A stretch of 64,000 nt of DNA, taken from contig CAWHAA010000007.1 of the NCBI GenBank assembly GCA_963827275.1, positions 32,001-96,000 of the forward strand, in the 5' to 3' direction. Source of the stretch: an uncultured Spirochaetota bacterium. GTDB lineage: Bacteria; Spirochaetota; UBA4802; UBA5550. Under the pieces are notes generated by a model. The model was not told the DNA's origin. It did not search any database and saw nothing but the letters and a program-made list of their open reading frames with translations. Shown here one piece after another: positions 8,375-17,935 of the stretch. Position 1 is the stretch's first letter; every line of letters starts with the position of its first letter. A program made the position numbers and the translations under genes.

Positions 8375-9943
8375 ATGGCCAAGGTGCTGATTGACCCCAT
8401 AACAAGGATTGAAGGTCACCTTTCAATTGAAATAGATGTCGAGAACGGGAAAATCGTTGACGCGAAGAGCATCGGTGACATGTTCCGCGGGTACGAGAAG
8501 ATCTTCCAGGGGCGGAACCCCCTTGATGCGAACCAGCTTTCACAGCGGATCTGTGGCGTGTGCCCGATTTCTCACGGCATCGCCTCCAGCAAGTGCCTCG
8601 AGGGCGCCTTTGGCATCAAACCGAACAACAACGGCAGGGTGCTCCGGAACCTCATGCTGGCAGCGAACTACATGCATTCGCACCTTATTCACTTCTATCA
8701 CCTGGCGGCACTGGATTTCGTGGACATAACCGCGCTGCTCAAATATACCGGCGGCGATTCAGGCATGAACAGGCTGAAAGCGTGGGTGGAGAGCGAGGTA
8801 AAGGCAAAGAAAGGACGGGCGGACGCGATTACCGCGGGCGCTCCCTTCCTGCCGCGCTACGAGGGCAACTTCTATATCAAGGACGTCGATACCAACATCG
8901 ACGCCATTGCCGGTTACGTCAAGGCGCTGGAGATGAGGATGAAGGCCCACAAGATGGTTTCCGCCATCGGCGGCCGCGCTCCCCATGCCATTGGCCTTGT
9001 TCCCGGCGGCGTGACCCAGGTGCCGACGCGGGCAATAATCAAGGAATACAAGAAGCACATCGGCGAGATCGAGAATTTCATAAACGACGTGTACATGAAC
9101 CACGTGATCGCGGTGGCAAAGGCCTTTAAAGAATACTTCAAGATCGGCTCCTTCACCAATTTTATGTCATATGGCCTATTCGAACAGGATGCAGAGGAGA
9201 AGAAGCATTTTTCATGCAGCGCGGCGTGGCGTACGGGACCAGGCTGGAGAGCTTCGACGCCAACAAGATCAAGGAGCAGGTCAAGTACGCGCGGTACAGC
9301 TCCGGCTCGGACCTGCATCCGTACAAGGGACAGACCGAACCGCAGCCCGGAAAGGGCGGGGCCTATACCTGGCTCAAGGCGCCGCGGTACGACGGCAACG
9401 CCATGGAGGTCGGCCCCCTGGCCCGCGTGGTCATCAGCTATCTCTCCGGCAACACAGCGGTCAGGAGCGAAGTCGATACCCTGCTCGAAGGCCTTCAATG
9501 CCGACATAAACGCCGTGTTCTCTACCCTCGGACGGCATGCCGCCCGCGCCATCGAGGCGAAGCTCATCATCGCGGAGATGCCGAAGTGGATCGACGAGCT
9601 TGAAGTGAACGGCAAACCCCGCAGCACCTTCGATATTCCCGACACCGGCGAAGGCATGGGCCTCGTCGAAGCGTCTCGCGGAGCGCTCGGCCACTGGATC
9701 GTGGTGAAGGACAAGAAGATCGCCAACTACCAGGCGGTTGTCCCGACCACCTGGTTCTGCGGTCCGCGTGACGACAAAGGGGGCAGGGGCCCGGTAGAGC
9801 AGGCGCTTATCGGCACCCCGATATCCGACCTGAAGAATCCGATCGAGGCCGCCCGGGTGGTGCGGTCCTTCGACCCCTGCATCGCGTGCGCGGTCCATGT
9901 CGTCGAGGGAGACAGGGAGATCGGGACGTACAAAGTCTGTTAG
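8375..9943 (+). CDS. [NiFe]-hydrogenase large subunit (group 1a-like); two compensating indels near 9210 and 9487
   Basis: DPITRIEGH, L1 RICGVCP, L2 DPCIACAVH with a cleavable C-terminal tail. Conserved IKEQV...HPYKGQT.P...AYTWLKAPRY...EVGPLAR is in the shifted frame (9214 ORF). Confidence 0.93.
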   Translation: MAKVLIDPITRIEGHLSIEIDVENGKIVDAKSIGDMFRGYEKIFQGRNPLDANQLSQRICGVCPISHGIASSKCLEGAFGIKPNNNGRVLRNLMLAANYMHSHLIHFYHLAALDFVDITALLKYTGGDSGMNRLKAWVESEVKAKKGRADAITAGAPFLPRYEGNFYIKDVDTNIDAIAGYVKALEMRMKAHKMVSAIGGRAPHAIGLVPGGVTQVPTRAIIKEYKKHIGEIENFINDVYMNHVIAVAKAFKEYFKIGSFTNFMSYGLFEQDAEEKKHFSCSAAWRTGPGWRASTPTRSRSRSSTRGTAPARTCIRTRDRPNRSPERAGPIPGSRRRGTTATPWRSAPWPAWSSAISPATQRSGAKSIPCSKAFNADINAVFSTLGRHAARAIEAKLIIAEMPKWIDELEVNGKPRSTFDIPDTGEGMGLVEASRGALGHWIVVKDKKIANYQAVVPTTWFCGPRDDKGGRGPVEQALIGTPISDLKNPIEAARVVRSFDPCIACAVHVVEGDREIGTYKVC

Positions 9944-9965
9944 CACAACTATCTTGTTATAATTC

Positions 9966-9996
9966 AAAAAGGCCGCTGCAGTGCAGCGGCCTTTTT
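9966..9996. terminator. Bidirectional intrinsic terminator
   Basis: AAAAAGGCCGCTGCA-G-TGCAGCGGCCTTTTT between convergent hydrogenase and GntR genes. Confidence 0.85.
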
Positions 9997-10023
9997 GTTC
10001 TCACGGTCGGTGACGGGGTTTCG

Positions 10024-10689
10024 TTACAGCGTTTCGAATTGGGGCAGGTACTTGACGCTGTAGTGCGTCTCCTTGCCGATGATGTCGCGCACGATCGCGG
10101 CCGCCCTGTCGCCATTGCCTTCTTCAATGCACTGCTGGGCCTGCGTGAAAAGCTCGACCGGCTCCATGAGGCTTTCACTGCGGAGCTTCTGAGAAGCGTA
10201 CTGGACGCGCCGGCATGAGGGCCAGAGGTCTTTCAGAAGAATGTTCAGTACGACGTTCTTTGCCGCCTTGAGGCATGCAATCTCGTAGTCTATAAGCGCG
10301 TCAAAATACTCCCGGCGGTTGTTGTTCCTGGCGCAATCCTCCATCAGGGAAAGGCATTTTGCCATTGCGCGGTGCTCCTCCTTGGTGCCGAACTCCGCCG
10401 CTTTTCTCGCGACCAGCCCGTATATCTCTTTCAGGATATCGCCGGTGCAGATGATGACCTTTTCGTTCAGCATCGACACGCGGGCCTCGCGGCGCGGGAT
10501 CAGCTCGACCAGCCATTTTTTTTCAAGGATGCGCAGGGCCTCGCGGAGCGGGCTGCGGCTCACACCGAGGTCCCTGGCGAGGTCTTCCTCGATGAAGCGT
10601 TCGCCCGGCTTCAACTGGAACAGGATAATTTTATCTGCAAGGTACTGGGCGATCTGCTCGGCCAGGTTTTTTGACGGTTTGAAGTCCAT
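10024..10689 (-). CDS. GntR family (FCD) transcriptional regulator
   Basis: LKPGER..EEDLARDLGVSRSPLREALRILE wHTH followed by an FCD-like helical domain. Confidence 0.9.
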   Translation of the reverse strand: MDFKPSKNLAEQIAQYLADKIILFQLKPGERFIEEDLARDLGVSRSPLREALRILEKKWLVELIPRREARVSMLNEKVIICTGDILKEIYGLVARKAAEFGTKEEHRAMAKCLSLMEDCARNNNRREYFDALIDYEIACLKAAKNVVLNILLKDLWPSCRRVQYASQKLRSESLMEPVELFTQAQQCIEEGNGDRAAAIVRDIIGKETHYSVKYLPQFETL

Positions 10690-10801
10690 AGTTGCACCCC
10701 TCCGTTAAGAGAAGATAATCACCTATTTTTGTAAAGGATTTTTCCGTCCAATCGGTCTGCAAAATTGATATCAGGAACATGCCGTTCATCAGATAAAGAA
10801 A

Positions 10802-11260
10802 TCACTTCTGCCAGTTCTGGAGTTCGATGATGTTCCCATCCGGATCATTTGCATAGACAAACGTCAGCAATCCGGCACCTTCAATCTGCTTTATGACAAT
10901 CCTTCCCATCCTGCTTCCGCCGCCGGCAATGACTTCCTTAAGGGCTTTTTCGACGTTATCAACGCGAAAAGCGATGTGGGCAAGGCCGGTCTGGTTAACC
11001 CTGTGTCTTTTACCGTGAACGGTTGAATTGTACTGGAATATCTCCAGGGTGGGCCCGGCGTCGCCGTAGCCCGGCAGGCGAAGATGTGCGCCCCGCACAT
11101 GCGCACCCGGCACGCCGGTGCCTTCTTCGATCCAGGTGCCGGACATGTCGCGTTCCGGCAGAACCCGTCTGCAGCCGAATACTGATTCATAAAAGCGGGC
11201 CAGCTTCTCCCAGTCGTCGGATATGATATTGGTGTGGACGAATTTAGCGCTTTGAATCAT
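10802..11260 (-). CDS. VOC/glyoxalase family protein
   Basis: HTNI...FYESVFG, LEIFQY, HIAFRVD, DPDGNIIEL. Confidence 0.88.
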   Translation of the reverse strand: MIQSAKFVHTNIISDDWEKLARFYESVFGCRRVLPERDMSGTWIEEGTGVPGAHVRGAHLRLPGYGDAGPTLEIFQYNSTVHGKRHRVNQTGLAHIAFRVDNVEKALKEVIAGGGSRMGRIVIKQIEGAGLLTFVYANDPDGNIIELQNWQK

Positions 11261-11350
11261 GGCGTTCCCCCGATGCAGTATGATTGTGCATGAGTACGGT
11301 TTTTATCTGCTTCATCAAGTTACTTTTGACTGTCCGCGGCAATAAAATCA

Positions 11351-11398
11351 TTGACAGGTTTCACTGATGGGTATAAAATGTACCAAATGGTCGGTATA
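11351..11398 (+). promoter_or_regulatory. Sigma70 promoter of tetR/queG-like operon with an adjacent imperfect palindrome (candidate TetR operator)
   Basis: TTGACA (11351-56), 17 bp, TAAAAT (11374-79), then TACC-AAATGGTC-GGTA (11381-96). Confidence 0.65.
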
Positions 11399-11426
11399 AT
11401 AATGAATTAAAGGGGGTGACACGGCC

Positions 11427-12009
11427 ATGTTAAAAGGTGAAGCAGACCCGCGCACGCGTGCTTGATGCCGCTATCACCTTGATAAACCGGAAGGGGTTCA
11501 GAAATACCAGCGTCCAGGACATCATCGACGTAACCGGGGTGAAAAAGGGGAACCTCTATTTTCATTTCTCCAGCAAGGACGAGCTGGGCCGCTCCCTCAT
11601 CAGGGAAGCGGGTGACCGGTATTTCGAGTACCTGGCAAAGAGCGTCACCAGCGAGGACCCACTGGGCAAGATAAAGGACGTCCTCGGCGCGGTCCTTGCC
11701 TATCATCGCCGAAGGGGTTTCGTCGGCGGTTGCATATTCGGAAATACCGCACTGGAGATGGGCGATTCTGACGGTGAATTCAGCGCTCTGGTATGTGAAG
11801 TGTTCGACCGGTGGGAGCGCGTCCTGGCCGGTTATCTCGGAGAGGCGGGGAGAAAGGGGAAGCTTCCCGCGGGCATCAAGCCGGGGCCAATGGCGCGGCA
11901 CATTGTCGCCGCGATGGAAGGGAGCATAATGATGGCCCGCCTGCGCAAGCGGGAAGAGCCGCTGGTGGAATGTATCGGCTATATAAAAAAGCTGCTCGGG
12001 ATGAAATAG
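11427..12009 (+). CDS. TetR/AcrR (NemR/LmrA-like) regulator; likely true start ATG 11427 with one extra base at ~11442 (GTG 11437 otherwise)
   Basis: TR.RVLDAA...KGF..TSVQDI....GVKKGNLYFHFSSKDEL; GC.FGN.ALE. Removing one base gives MLKGEQTR... downstream of the AAGGGGG RBS. Confidence 0.88.
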
Positions 12010-12055
12010 CTTTTCGTGACACGCCACTTAAGAAGGTAAGAGGGGGAACATCTGT

Positions 12056-13177
12056 ATGTTAACTCGTGAAAGCATCATCGAAGAAGCGCTCCGGCTCGGT
12101 TTCGGCGATATCGGGTTTACCACCGCTGAGCCCTTTGAGTCGCACCGCGCCTGTCTGGCCGGCAGGCAGGAGGAATACGGCTGGGCGGAGCGGGCGGGGC
12201 TGGCCCTCATGGACGGCGTGGACCCGAAAACGGTCCTCCCCGGGGCGAAATCGATCATCGTGCTGCTCGATGTTTATTTCCAGGAATCATTTCCGCCGTC
12301 ACTGGAAGCGAATTTCGGCCGCTGTTACCTTGATGATGACCGCCTCACGAAGGACGGCCTTGCACTCAGGATCAAGTCATTCCGGGCTTTCCTCCGCGAC
12401 GGGGGCATCGACTCAAAAGTCCCCTTCAACCTTCCGCACCGCGTCGCTGCCGCGCGGGCGGGGCTCGGTACGTTTGGCAAGAACTGCCTGCTCTTCGCTA
12501 ACAGGACGGCGCGGCAGAGCTCATGGGTCCTGCCGATAACTATCGTGGTTGACCGCGAGTTCGCGCCTGACGAACCGACGGTCGCCATGAGCTGCCCCGA
12601 CTGGTGCCGGAACGCCTGCATCGCCGCCTGTCCGACCAGGGCCCTCAGGGGGAACGGCACCATCGATCCCCGGAAGTGCATCTCGTACATGACCTATTTC
12701 GGGAGGGAGATCACGCCGCTGGAGCTGCGCGAACCGATGGGCATGTACGTGTACGGGTGCGATATCTGCCAGAACGTGTGCCCGCGCAACAGGCCCTGGC
12801 TTGCGCAGGAGCTTCCGAAGAACGGCCGCGTAGCGGCGAAAGCGGGGAATTTCGAACTCGCGGCGCTCCTCCACATGGACCGGGACTACTTCGCCGCGAA
12901 GGTGTGGCCGCACATGTTCTACATGTCGCCGGACGACATCTGGAAATGGAAGATGAACGTTGCGCGGGTGATGGGGAACAGCCTGGACCGGCGCCATGTC
13001 CCGGACCTCGTCCGCGCCTTTGGTGAAAACGGGGATGAGCGCGTCAGGGGGATGATCGCCTGGGCCCTCGGCCGTATCGGCGGCGTCGCGGCGGGAGAGG
13101 CCCTCGGCGCGTTTCAGAAAACGAGCGGGGGCGCGGTGCTCGGGGAGATAACCGCCGCCCTTTCCATGTTGAAATAA
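12056..13177 (+). CDS. QueG-like (epoxyqueuosine reductase superfamily) cobalamin/2x[4Fe-4S] protein with C-terminal HEAT-like repeats
   Basis: A.RLGF...GF, DP...LPGAKSII, AARAGLG.FGKN, C.AACPT, CISY.T, YGCDICQNVCP.N, C-terminal WALGRIG. Confidence 0.8.
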   Translation: MLTRESIIEEALRLGFGDIGFTTAEPFESHRACLAGRQEEYGWAERAGLALMDGVDPKTVLPGAKSIIVLLDVYFQESFPPSLEANFGRCYLDDDRLTKDGLALRIKSFRAFLRDGGIDSKVPFNLPHRVAAARAGLGTFGKNCLLFANRTARQSSWVLPITIVVDREFAPDEPTVAMSCPDWCRNACIAACPTRALRGNGTIDPRKCISYMTYFGREITPLELREPMGMYVYGCDICQNVCPRNRPWLAQELPKNGRVAAKAGNFELAALLHMDRDYFAAKVWPHMFYMSPDDIWKWKMNVARVMGNSLDRRHVPDLVRAFGENGDERVRGMIAWALGRIGGVAAGEALGAFQKTSGGAVLGEITAALSMLK

Positions 13178-13199
13178 GGAGGAATGCCGGCGGGACCAC

Positions 13200-13323
13200 T
13201 ACAACCGGCGGCATAGCAGAATATCACGACGCCGATCTTGTTCATGACGGGAAACCGGTAACAGAGATAGATGGCGATGGCGGGGAACAGGAGATACAGT
13301 GCGATCAGCAGCGGCACTTGCAT
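13200..13323 (-). pseudogene. 5' remnant of a membrane protein gene (DUF819-like)
   Basis: Strong RBS (AAGGAGG) directly after gltS. ~40 hydrophobic codons (LYLLFPAIAIYLC...KIGVVIFCYAAG), then the frame runs into the convergent queG-like 3' end. Confidence 0.55.
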
Positions 13324-13335
13324 AGGGCCTCCTTG

Positions 13336-14568
13336 TTATGATAGTATATTCAGGAACACCGTTATGATGATTGCATTTGCGAAATCGATGAAGAAGGCGC
13401 CCACGATGGGCACCACCAGGAAGGCGCGCTTTGCCGGGCCGTAACGCTCGGTGAGGGACTCCATGCTCGCCATGGCGTTGGCCGTGGTGCCCAGCATGAA
13501 CCCGCAGAAACCGGCGCAGGTGACCGCCGCGTCATAGTCCTTGCCGAACAGGCGGAAGAGGGGCCAGAAGCAGGCGGCGCCTACAACGAGGACCTGCGCG
13601 GCCACGACCGCCAGCATGGGTACCGCCACGCCCGCCAGTTCCCACAGCTTCAGCGTCATCATGGCCATGGCAATGAAGAGGGTAAGGGCGACGGTGCCGA
13701 TGTCGTCGATGGTCTTCTGCGAAAGGGCAAGCATGCCGGTCCAGTCGGCGAGGTTGCGGAGAATGGCGCCGGCGAACATGGCGCCGATATAGGCGGGCAG
13801 CGTGAACCCGATCGCCGTGAAGGCGTTGCTGATCCAGTGCCCGATCCACATGGCGGCCAGTATGGCGGTCAGGTTTTTCAGCAGCACGTAGGCCGTCGGG
13901 TCTTCGCCGGAGGGCGGTTCGGCCTCGTCTTCGTCCATCCGCTCCTCCACGAGCTCCGCAAGGGCCGGCACGCGGTCATGGGGTGGCCTGCCCGCGCCGT
14001 GACGCAGGCGGTAGCGCTCGATGAGCCAGGTGCCGATGGGGGCGCCGATAAGGCCGCCGCTGATGATGCCGGTCATGGCCGAAGCCACCGCCAGGGACGA
14101 CGCGCCGGGGACGCCGGCCTTCTCGAAGAGGGGAGCGAAGGCGAGGCCGGTGGCGGGTCCGCCCACCAGGGTCACCGAGGAGTTGAAGACGCCGAAGAGC
14201 GGGTCCTGCCCCAGTGGTACCGCGACGGCGATTCCCAGCGCGTTCTGCAGTATCGTGAAGAGGATTGCTGTCGCCAGGAAGGTGAATATCTTCGGTCCGC
14301 CGGTCCTGAACAGCGACAGGCTGCTGCCGAAGCCGATGGAGGTAAAGAAGGCCGTCATGAGGGGGGCCTGGAGTGTCGTATCAAAGCTGAAAGGCTGCTC
14401 GACCGTGCCGCGGGCAGCGAGGTGGATGAGCGCGACCAGCAGGCCGCCGAGGACCGGCGCCGGCAGGTTGTATCGCGCCAGCGGCGGGACCGCCCTCCGG
14501 ATGCCGTAGCCGAGGAAGATAACCAGCCCGGCAAAGGCCAGGGTCTGTATCATGTCGAGAGCGATCAT
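13336..14568 (-). CDS. gltS: Sodium/glutamate symporter (GltS/ESS family)
   Basis: YNLPAPVLGG, FFTSIG, GGPATG, GGLIGAP, DYDAAV...GF.LGTTANAMASM, VPIVGAFFIDF.NA. Confidence 0.9.
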   Translation of the reverse strand: MIALDMIQTLAFAGLVIFLGYGIRRAVPPLARYNLPAPVLGGLLVALIHLAARGTVEQPFSFDTTLQAPLMTAFFTSIGFGSSLSLFRTGGPKIFTFLATAILFTILQNALGIAVAVPLGQDPLFGVFNSSVTLVGGPATGLAFAPLFEKAGVPGASSLAVASAMTGIISGGLIGAPIGTWLIERYRLRHGAGRPPHDRVPALAELVEERMDEDEAEPPSGEDPTAYVLLKNLTAILAAMWIGHWISNAFTAIGFTLPAYIGAMFAGAILRNLADWTGMLALSQKTIDDIGTVALTLFIAMAMMTLKLWELAGVAVPMLAVVAAQVLVVGAACFWPLFRLFGKDYDAAVTCAGFCGFMLGTTANAMASMESLTERYGPAKRAFLVVPIVGAFFIDFANAIIITVFLNILS

Positions 14569-14813
14569 GCGGGAAATGAAACACGCATGGAGCGCGGCGT
14601 CAATGAATAAATTTATGATTGCTGCCGCGGCAGCGCGCACCGTAGAAATTATCCTTGAATAATTATGCGTCGGATAGTATACTGATACTAACACGGATGG
14701 ACCGGCTTCGGAAAAATAATCCGTGCGCGCGTGCCCGGCATGCCGGGCGGGGGAGATGGGACCGGGATGAGAAACGGGTCTTCGGGCGACCGCTGAAATG
14801 TGAGGTTGAGTGT

Positions 14814-16712
14814 ATGGACCGACGCAGGGGCGACTACTACCAGATGTGGAAGGACCGGTTCCCGGAGAAATTCGCGTCCGAGGACGCGATTTTTGCCAGG
14901 ATCCACCGCGGCGACCGGATATTCATCAGCACCGCCTGCGGCGAGCCGCAGTACCTGGTGGCTTCAATGGTTAAGTACGCCGAATCCCACCCCAAGGCGA
15001 TCGTGGATGCGGAGATGATGCAGGTCTGGACCCTCGGGGTCGCGCCCTACACGGACCAGAAGTTCGGGAATATCTTCAGGCATAATTCATTTTTTGTCGG
15101 CGACAACACGCGGGGATCGGTGAATACCGGCATGGCGGATTACACGCCGATTTTCCTTTCCCGCATTCCGCAGCTCTTCCGCAACAAGATGATACCCATC
15201 GACGTGGCGCTCATACAGACGTCGCTGCCCGATCAGAACGGGTATGTGAGCGTGGGAGTCAGCGTGGACATCTGCATGGACGCGATCGAGAACGCCTCGC
15301 TCATCATCGCGCAGGTGAATCCCCGCATGCCCCGTGTTCACGGAGACACGTTCCTTCACATGCAGGACATCGCCTATGTCGTAGAGCATGCCGAGGAGCT
15401 CCTTGAGTACAACCCGGCGGTCCCTGACGAGATCGCGAAGCAGATCGGCCAGTATGTCGCCAGTATCGTCAATGACGGCGATACCATACAGGTGGGGTAC
15501 GGGAGCATGCCCAACGCGATCATATCCAGCCTGGGCGAAAAGAACAACCTGGGGATCCACACCGAGCTCTTTTCCCAGTACATGGTTGACCTCATAAAGA
15601 AGGGCGTTGTCGACAATTCGAAAAAAACCCTGGACAGGGGCAAGACCGTGGCCTCGTTCTGCATGGGCGTGAAAGAGACATACGAATTCATCGACGACAA
15701 TCCTTTTGTTGAGTTCAAGCGCATCAATTACACCAACAATCCTCTCATTATCGCCCAGAACAGCAACATGACCGCCATCAACGCGGCGCTCCAGATCGAC
15801 CTGACCGGCCAGGCGACCGCCGAATCGATCGGCAGCCAGTTTTTCAGCGGGATCGGCGGGAGCGCGGACTTCATGCGCGGCGCGATGTATTCCCCGAACG
15901 GGAAGACGATACTGGTGCTCCAGTCCACGGCGCGGGGCGGCGAGGTCTCGCGGATCGTACCGCTCCTTGACCCGGGCACCGGCGTGACGCTGAACCGGGG
16001 CGATATCAATTACGTCGTCACCGAGTACGGCATCGCCTACATCCACGGCAAGAACATACGCGAGCGCGCGATGGACCTTATTTCCGTCGCGCACCCGAAG
16101 TTCAGGCCCCGCCTGATCGAGGAGGCGAAGCGGCTGAACCTGATTTACAAGGACCAGGCGTTCATACCGGGGAAGCGTGGCGAGTATCCCGAGCAGCTCG
16201 CGACCTACCGGACCACGCGCGACGGGACCCTCCTCAAGATACGGCCGGTGAATATCAACGACGAGACGATCATCAAGGACCTGTTCTACTCGCTCTCGGA
16301 CCAGAGCTTCCAGCGCCGGTTCATGTCAACACGGCTTGACATGACCCACGAGCGGCGCCAGGAGTTTGTGGTGATCGATTACACCAAGGAGCTGGTGCTG
16401 CTCGCCCTTGTCGTGACCCCGCACAAGGAGATACCGGCCGGCATGGGGCAGATGATAAAAGACGAGAAAAGCCATACCGCGGAGGTGGCCTTCGCGGTCA
16501 GCGACAGCATGCACAACAGGGGGATCGGGAGCGAGCTTCTGGCGTACCTGATACTCCTGGCCAAGCGCGAGGGCCTCCTGGGCTTCACCGCGGAGGTATT
16601 GATGGAGAACAGGCCGATGCTCCACGTGTTTGAAAAGATGTTCCCGAATATCGAGAAGAAAATCGAAGAGGGCGTGTACGAACTGGTCCTCCGTTTCTCT
16701 GATTCCGCGTAA
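14814..16712 (+). CDS. Acetyl-CoA hydrolase/4-hydroxybutyrate CoA-transferase family protein fused to C-terminal GNAT domain
   Basis: GEPQ, PIDVALI, NPRMPR.HGD, QVGYG..PNA, LGIHTE, DLTGQ..AES...SGIGG..DF.RGA, VVTEYG. C-terminal AEVAF.VSD....RGIGSELL (GNAT motif A). Confidence 0.9.
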   Translation: MDRRRGDYYQMWKDRFPEKFASEDAIFARIHRGDRIFISTACGEPQYLVASMVKYAESHPKAIVDAEMMQVWTLGVAPYTDQKFGNIFRHNSFFVGDNTRGSVNTGMADYTPIFLSRIPQLFRNKMIPIDVALIQTSLPDQNGYVSVGVSVDICMDAIENASLIIAQVNPRMPRVHGDTFLHMQDIAYVVEHAEELLEYNPAVPDEIAKQIGQYVASIVNDGDTIQVGYGSMPNAIISSLGEKNNLGIHTELFSQYMVDLIKKGVVDNSKKTLDRGKTVASFCMGVKETYEFIDDNPFVEFKRINYTNNPLIIAQNSNMTAINAALQIDLTGQATAESIGSQFFSGIGGSADFMRGAMYSPNGKTILVLQSTARGGEVSRIVPLLDPGTGVTLNRGDINYVVTEYGIAYIHGKNIRERAMDLISVAHPKFRPRLIEEAKRLNLIYKDQAFIPGKRGEYPEQLATYRTTRDGTLLKIRPVNINDETIIKDLFYSLSDQSFQRRFMSTRLDMTHERRQEFVVIDYTKELVLLALVVTPHKEIPAGMGQMIKDEKSHTAEVAFAVSDSMHNRGIGSELLAYLILLAKREGLLGFTAEVLMENRPMLHVFEKMFPNIEKKIEEGVYELVLRFSDSA

Positions 16713-16719
16713 TGTCCTG

Positions 16720-17286
16720 TTATGCGTAAATGACGGCGATGATGCGGGCCGGCCTGTCGTCCGCGCAGGCGACATGGTGGTTCAGCGAGGAATCGTAGTA
16801 GATGCTGTCCCCCGGCTCAAGGATGTCCGCGTGATCGCCAAGCTGTATCTCGACCCTGCCATCAAGTACATACAGGAATTCCTCCCCGTCATGGCTGTAG
16901 GGCACGCCTTTTTTTGACGCCGGCTCCAGCGTGACCAGGAACGGCTCCATCTTCCGGTTTATCTTTTCCGGGGCGAGCGATTCGTATGAGTAGCCGTACC
17001 GGACCCCTTCCTTTGACGCCACGCGGGACGTCGGCACCCTCTCGTCCCTGCGCACGATGGTGAAGGGCGCGGTGCCCTTCTGGTTGAAGAGCCTCCCTGT
17101 TTCAATCCCAAGGGCGCGGGCGATCTTCATCAGCGCGCCCAGGGGCGGCGATATGAGGTGGTTTTCGAGCTGCGAAAGAAACGCGGGAGAAAACCCCGTC
17201 CGTTCCGCCAGGTCGCCGAGCGACAGGCCGCCGGTTTCACGGTACTTCTTGATCTTTTCGCCAACGTTAACATCTGTATCGCTCAT
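16720..17286 (-). CDS. XRE family HTH regulator with cupin domain
   Basis: VGEKIK..R....LSL.DLAERTG.S..FLSQLEN; MEPFLVTL, HDGEEFLYVL.G, GDSIYYDS...H; RBS GGAGG. Confidence 0.9.
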   Translation of the reverse strand: MSDTDVNVGEKIKKYRETGGLSLGDLAERTGFSPAFLSQLENHLISPPLGALMKIARALGIETGRLFNQKGTAPFTIVRRDERVPTSRVASKEGVRYGYSYESLAPEKINRKMEPFLVTLEPASKKGVPYSHDGEEFLYVLDGRVEIQLGDHADILEPGDSIYYDSSLNHHVACADDRPARIIAVIYA

Positions 17287-17725
17287 ACGGCCTCCACCGG
17301 GCAATCAGTAATACAATAAATCAAATTTGTAAAGATAAATCTGTCAAATAGAATTTTACCGGGTACCCGCAGCGTCCGGGTACGGGCAATGTATTGACGG
17401 TGCCCCGCATTGTAATTTACAGAGACCTGGCTGGTGACAACGATGGGTCGTCCCGCCTTCGACAGAGTCGGTACATGCCGGTTCCATGGGCCCGGAGGCA
17501 GCAAAAAATTGCTCATGGACGGCAACGCGGCCGCCACCGACAATGTCGCCGGGGCCTGTTATTTTTATACCTGCCCGGACAGATTTTGTTGACTTTAAAA
17601 AGGTAAATTTTGTACAGTGGATATGATAATGATTATGTTTTGATTGACTAATTTTTATAATCATTATATATTCGATTAAAGAGTATTTTAATAATAACTA
17701 AAAAGTTAAATAGGATTTTCAATTA

Positions 17726-17935
17726 GTGGCATATATAAAAATTGATGCTGACAGATGCAAGGGCTGTTACTTCTGCATCAAGTTCTGCCCGAAGCAGCTT
17801 ATAGTCGTGTCTGACAGGCACAACCGGGTGGGCTACTTTCCCGCGCTGTTTCTCCAGGAAAAGGAAGACCAGTGTACCGGATGCAAGACCTGCGCCCTCA
17901 TGTGCCCTGATGTCGCCATCGAGGTGTTTAAATGA
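17726..17935 (+). CDS. 2x[4Fe-4S] ferredoxin (delta subunit of 2-oxoacid:ferredoxin oxidoreductase)
   Basis: CKGCYFCIKFCP and CTGCKTCALMCP; overlaps the next gene by 4 bp. Confidence 0.9.
   Translation: MAYIKIDADRCKGCYFCIKFCPKQLIVVSDRHNRVGYFPALFLQEKEDQCTGCKTCALMCPDVAIEVFK

Noticed and set aside
9865..9900. Possible [NiFeSe] hydrogenase (selenocysteine in the L2 motif)
   Set aside because: The codon in DPCxxC is TGC (Cys), not TGA, and a cleavable C-terminal tail plus a maturation protease are present.
17350..17600. GC-rich stretch with short hairpins between the XRE-cupin and vor genes
   Set aside because: No recognisable riboswitch, T-box or tRNA motif, and the short ORFs there lack RBS or homology cues.
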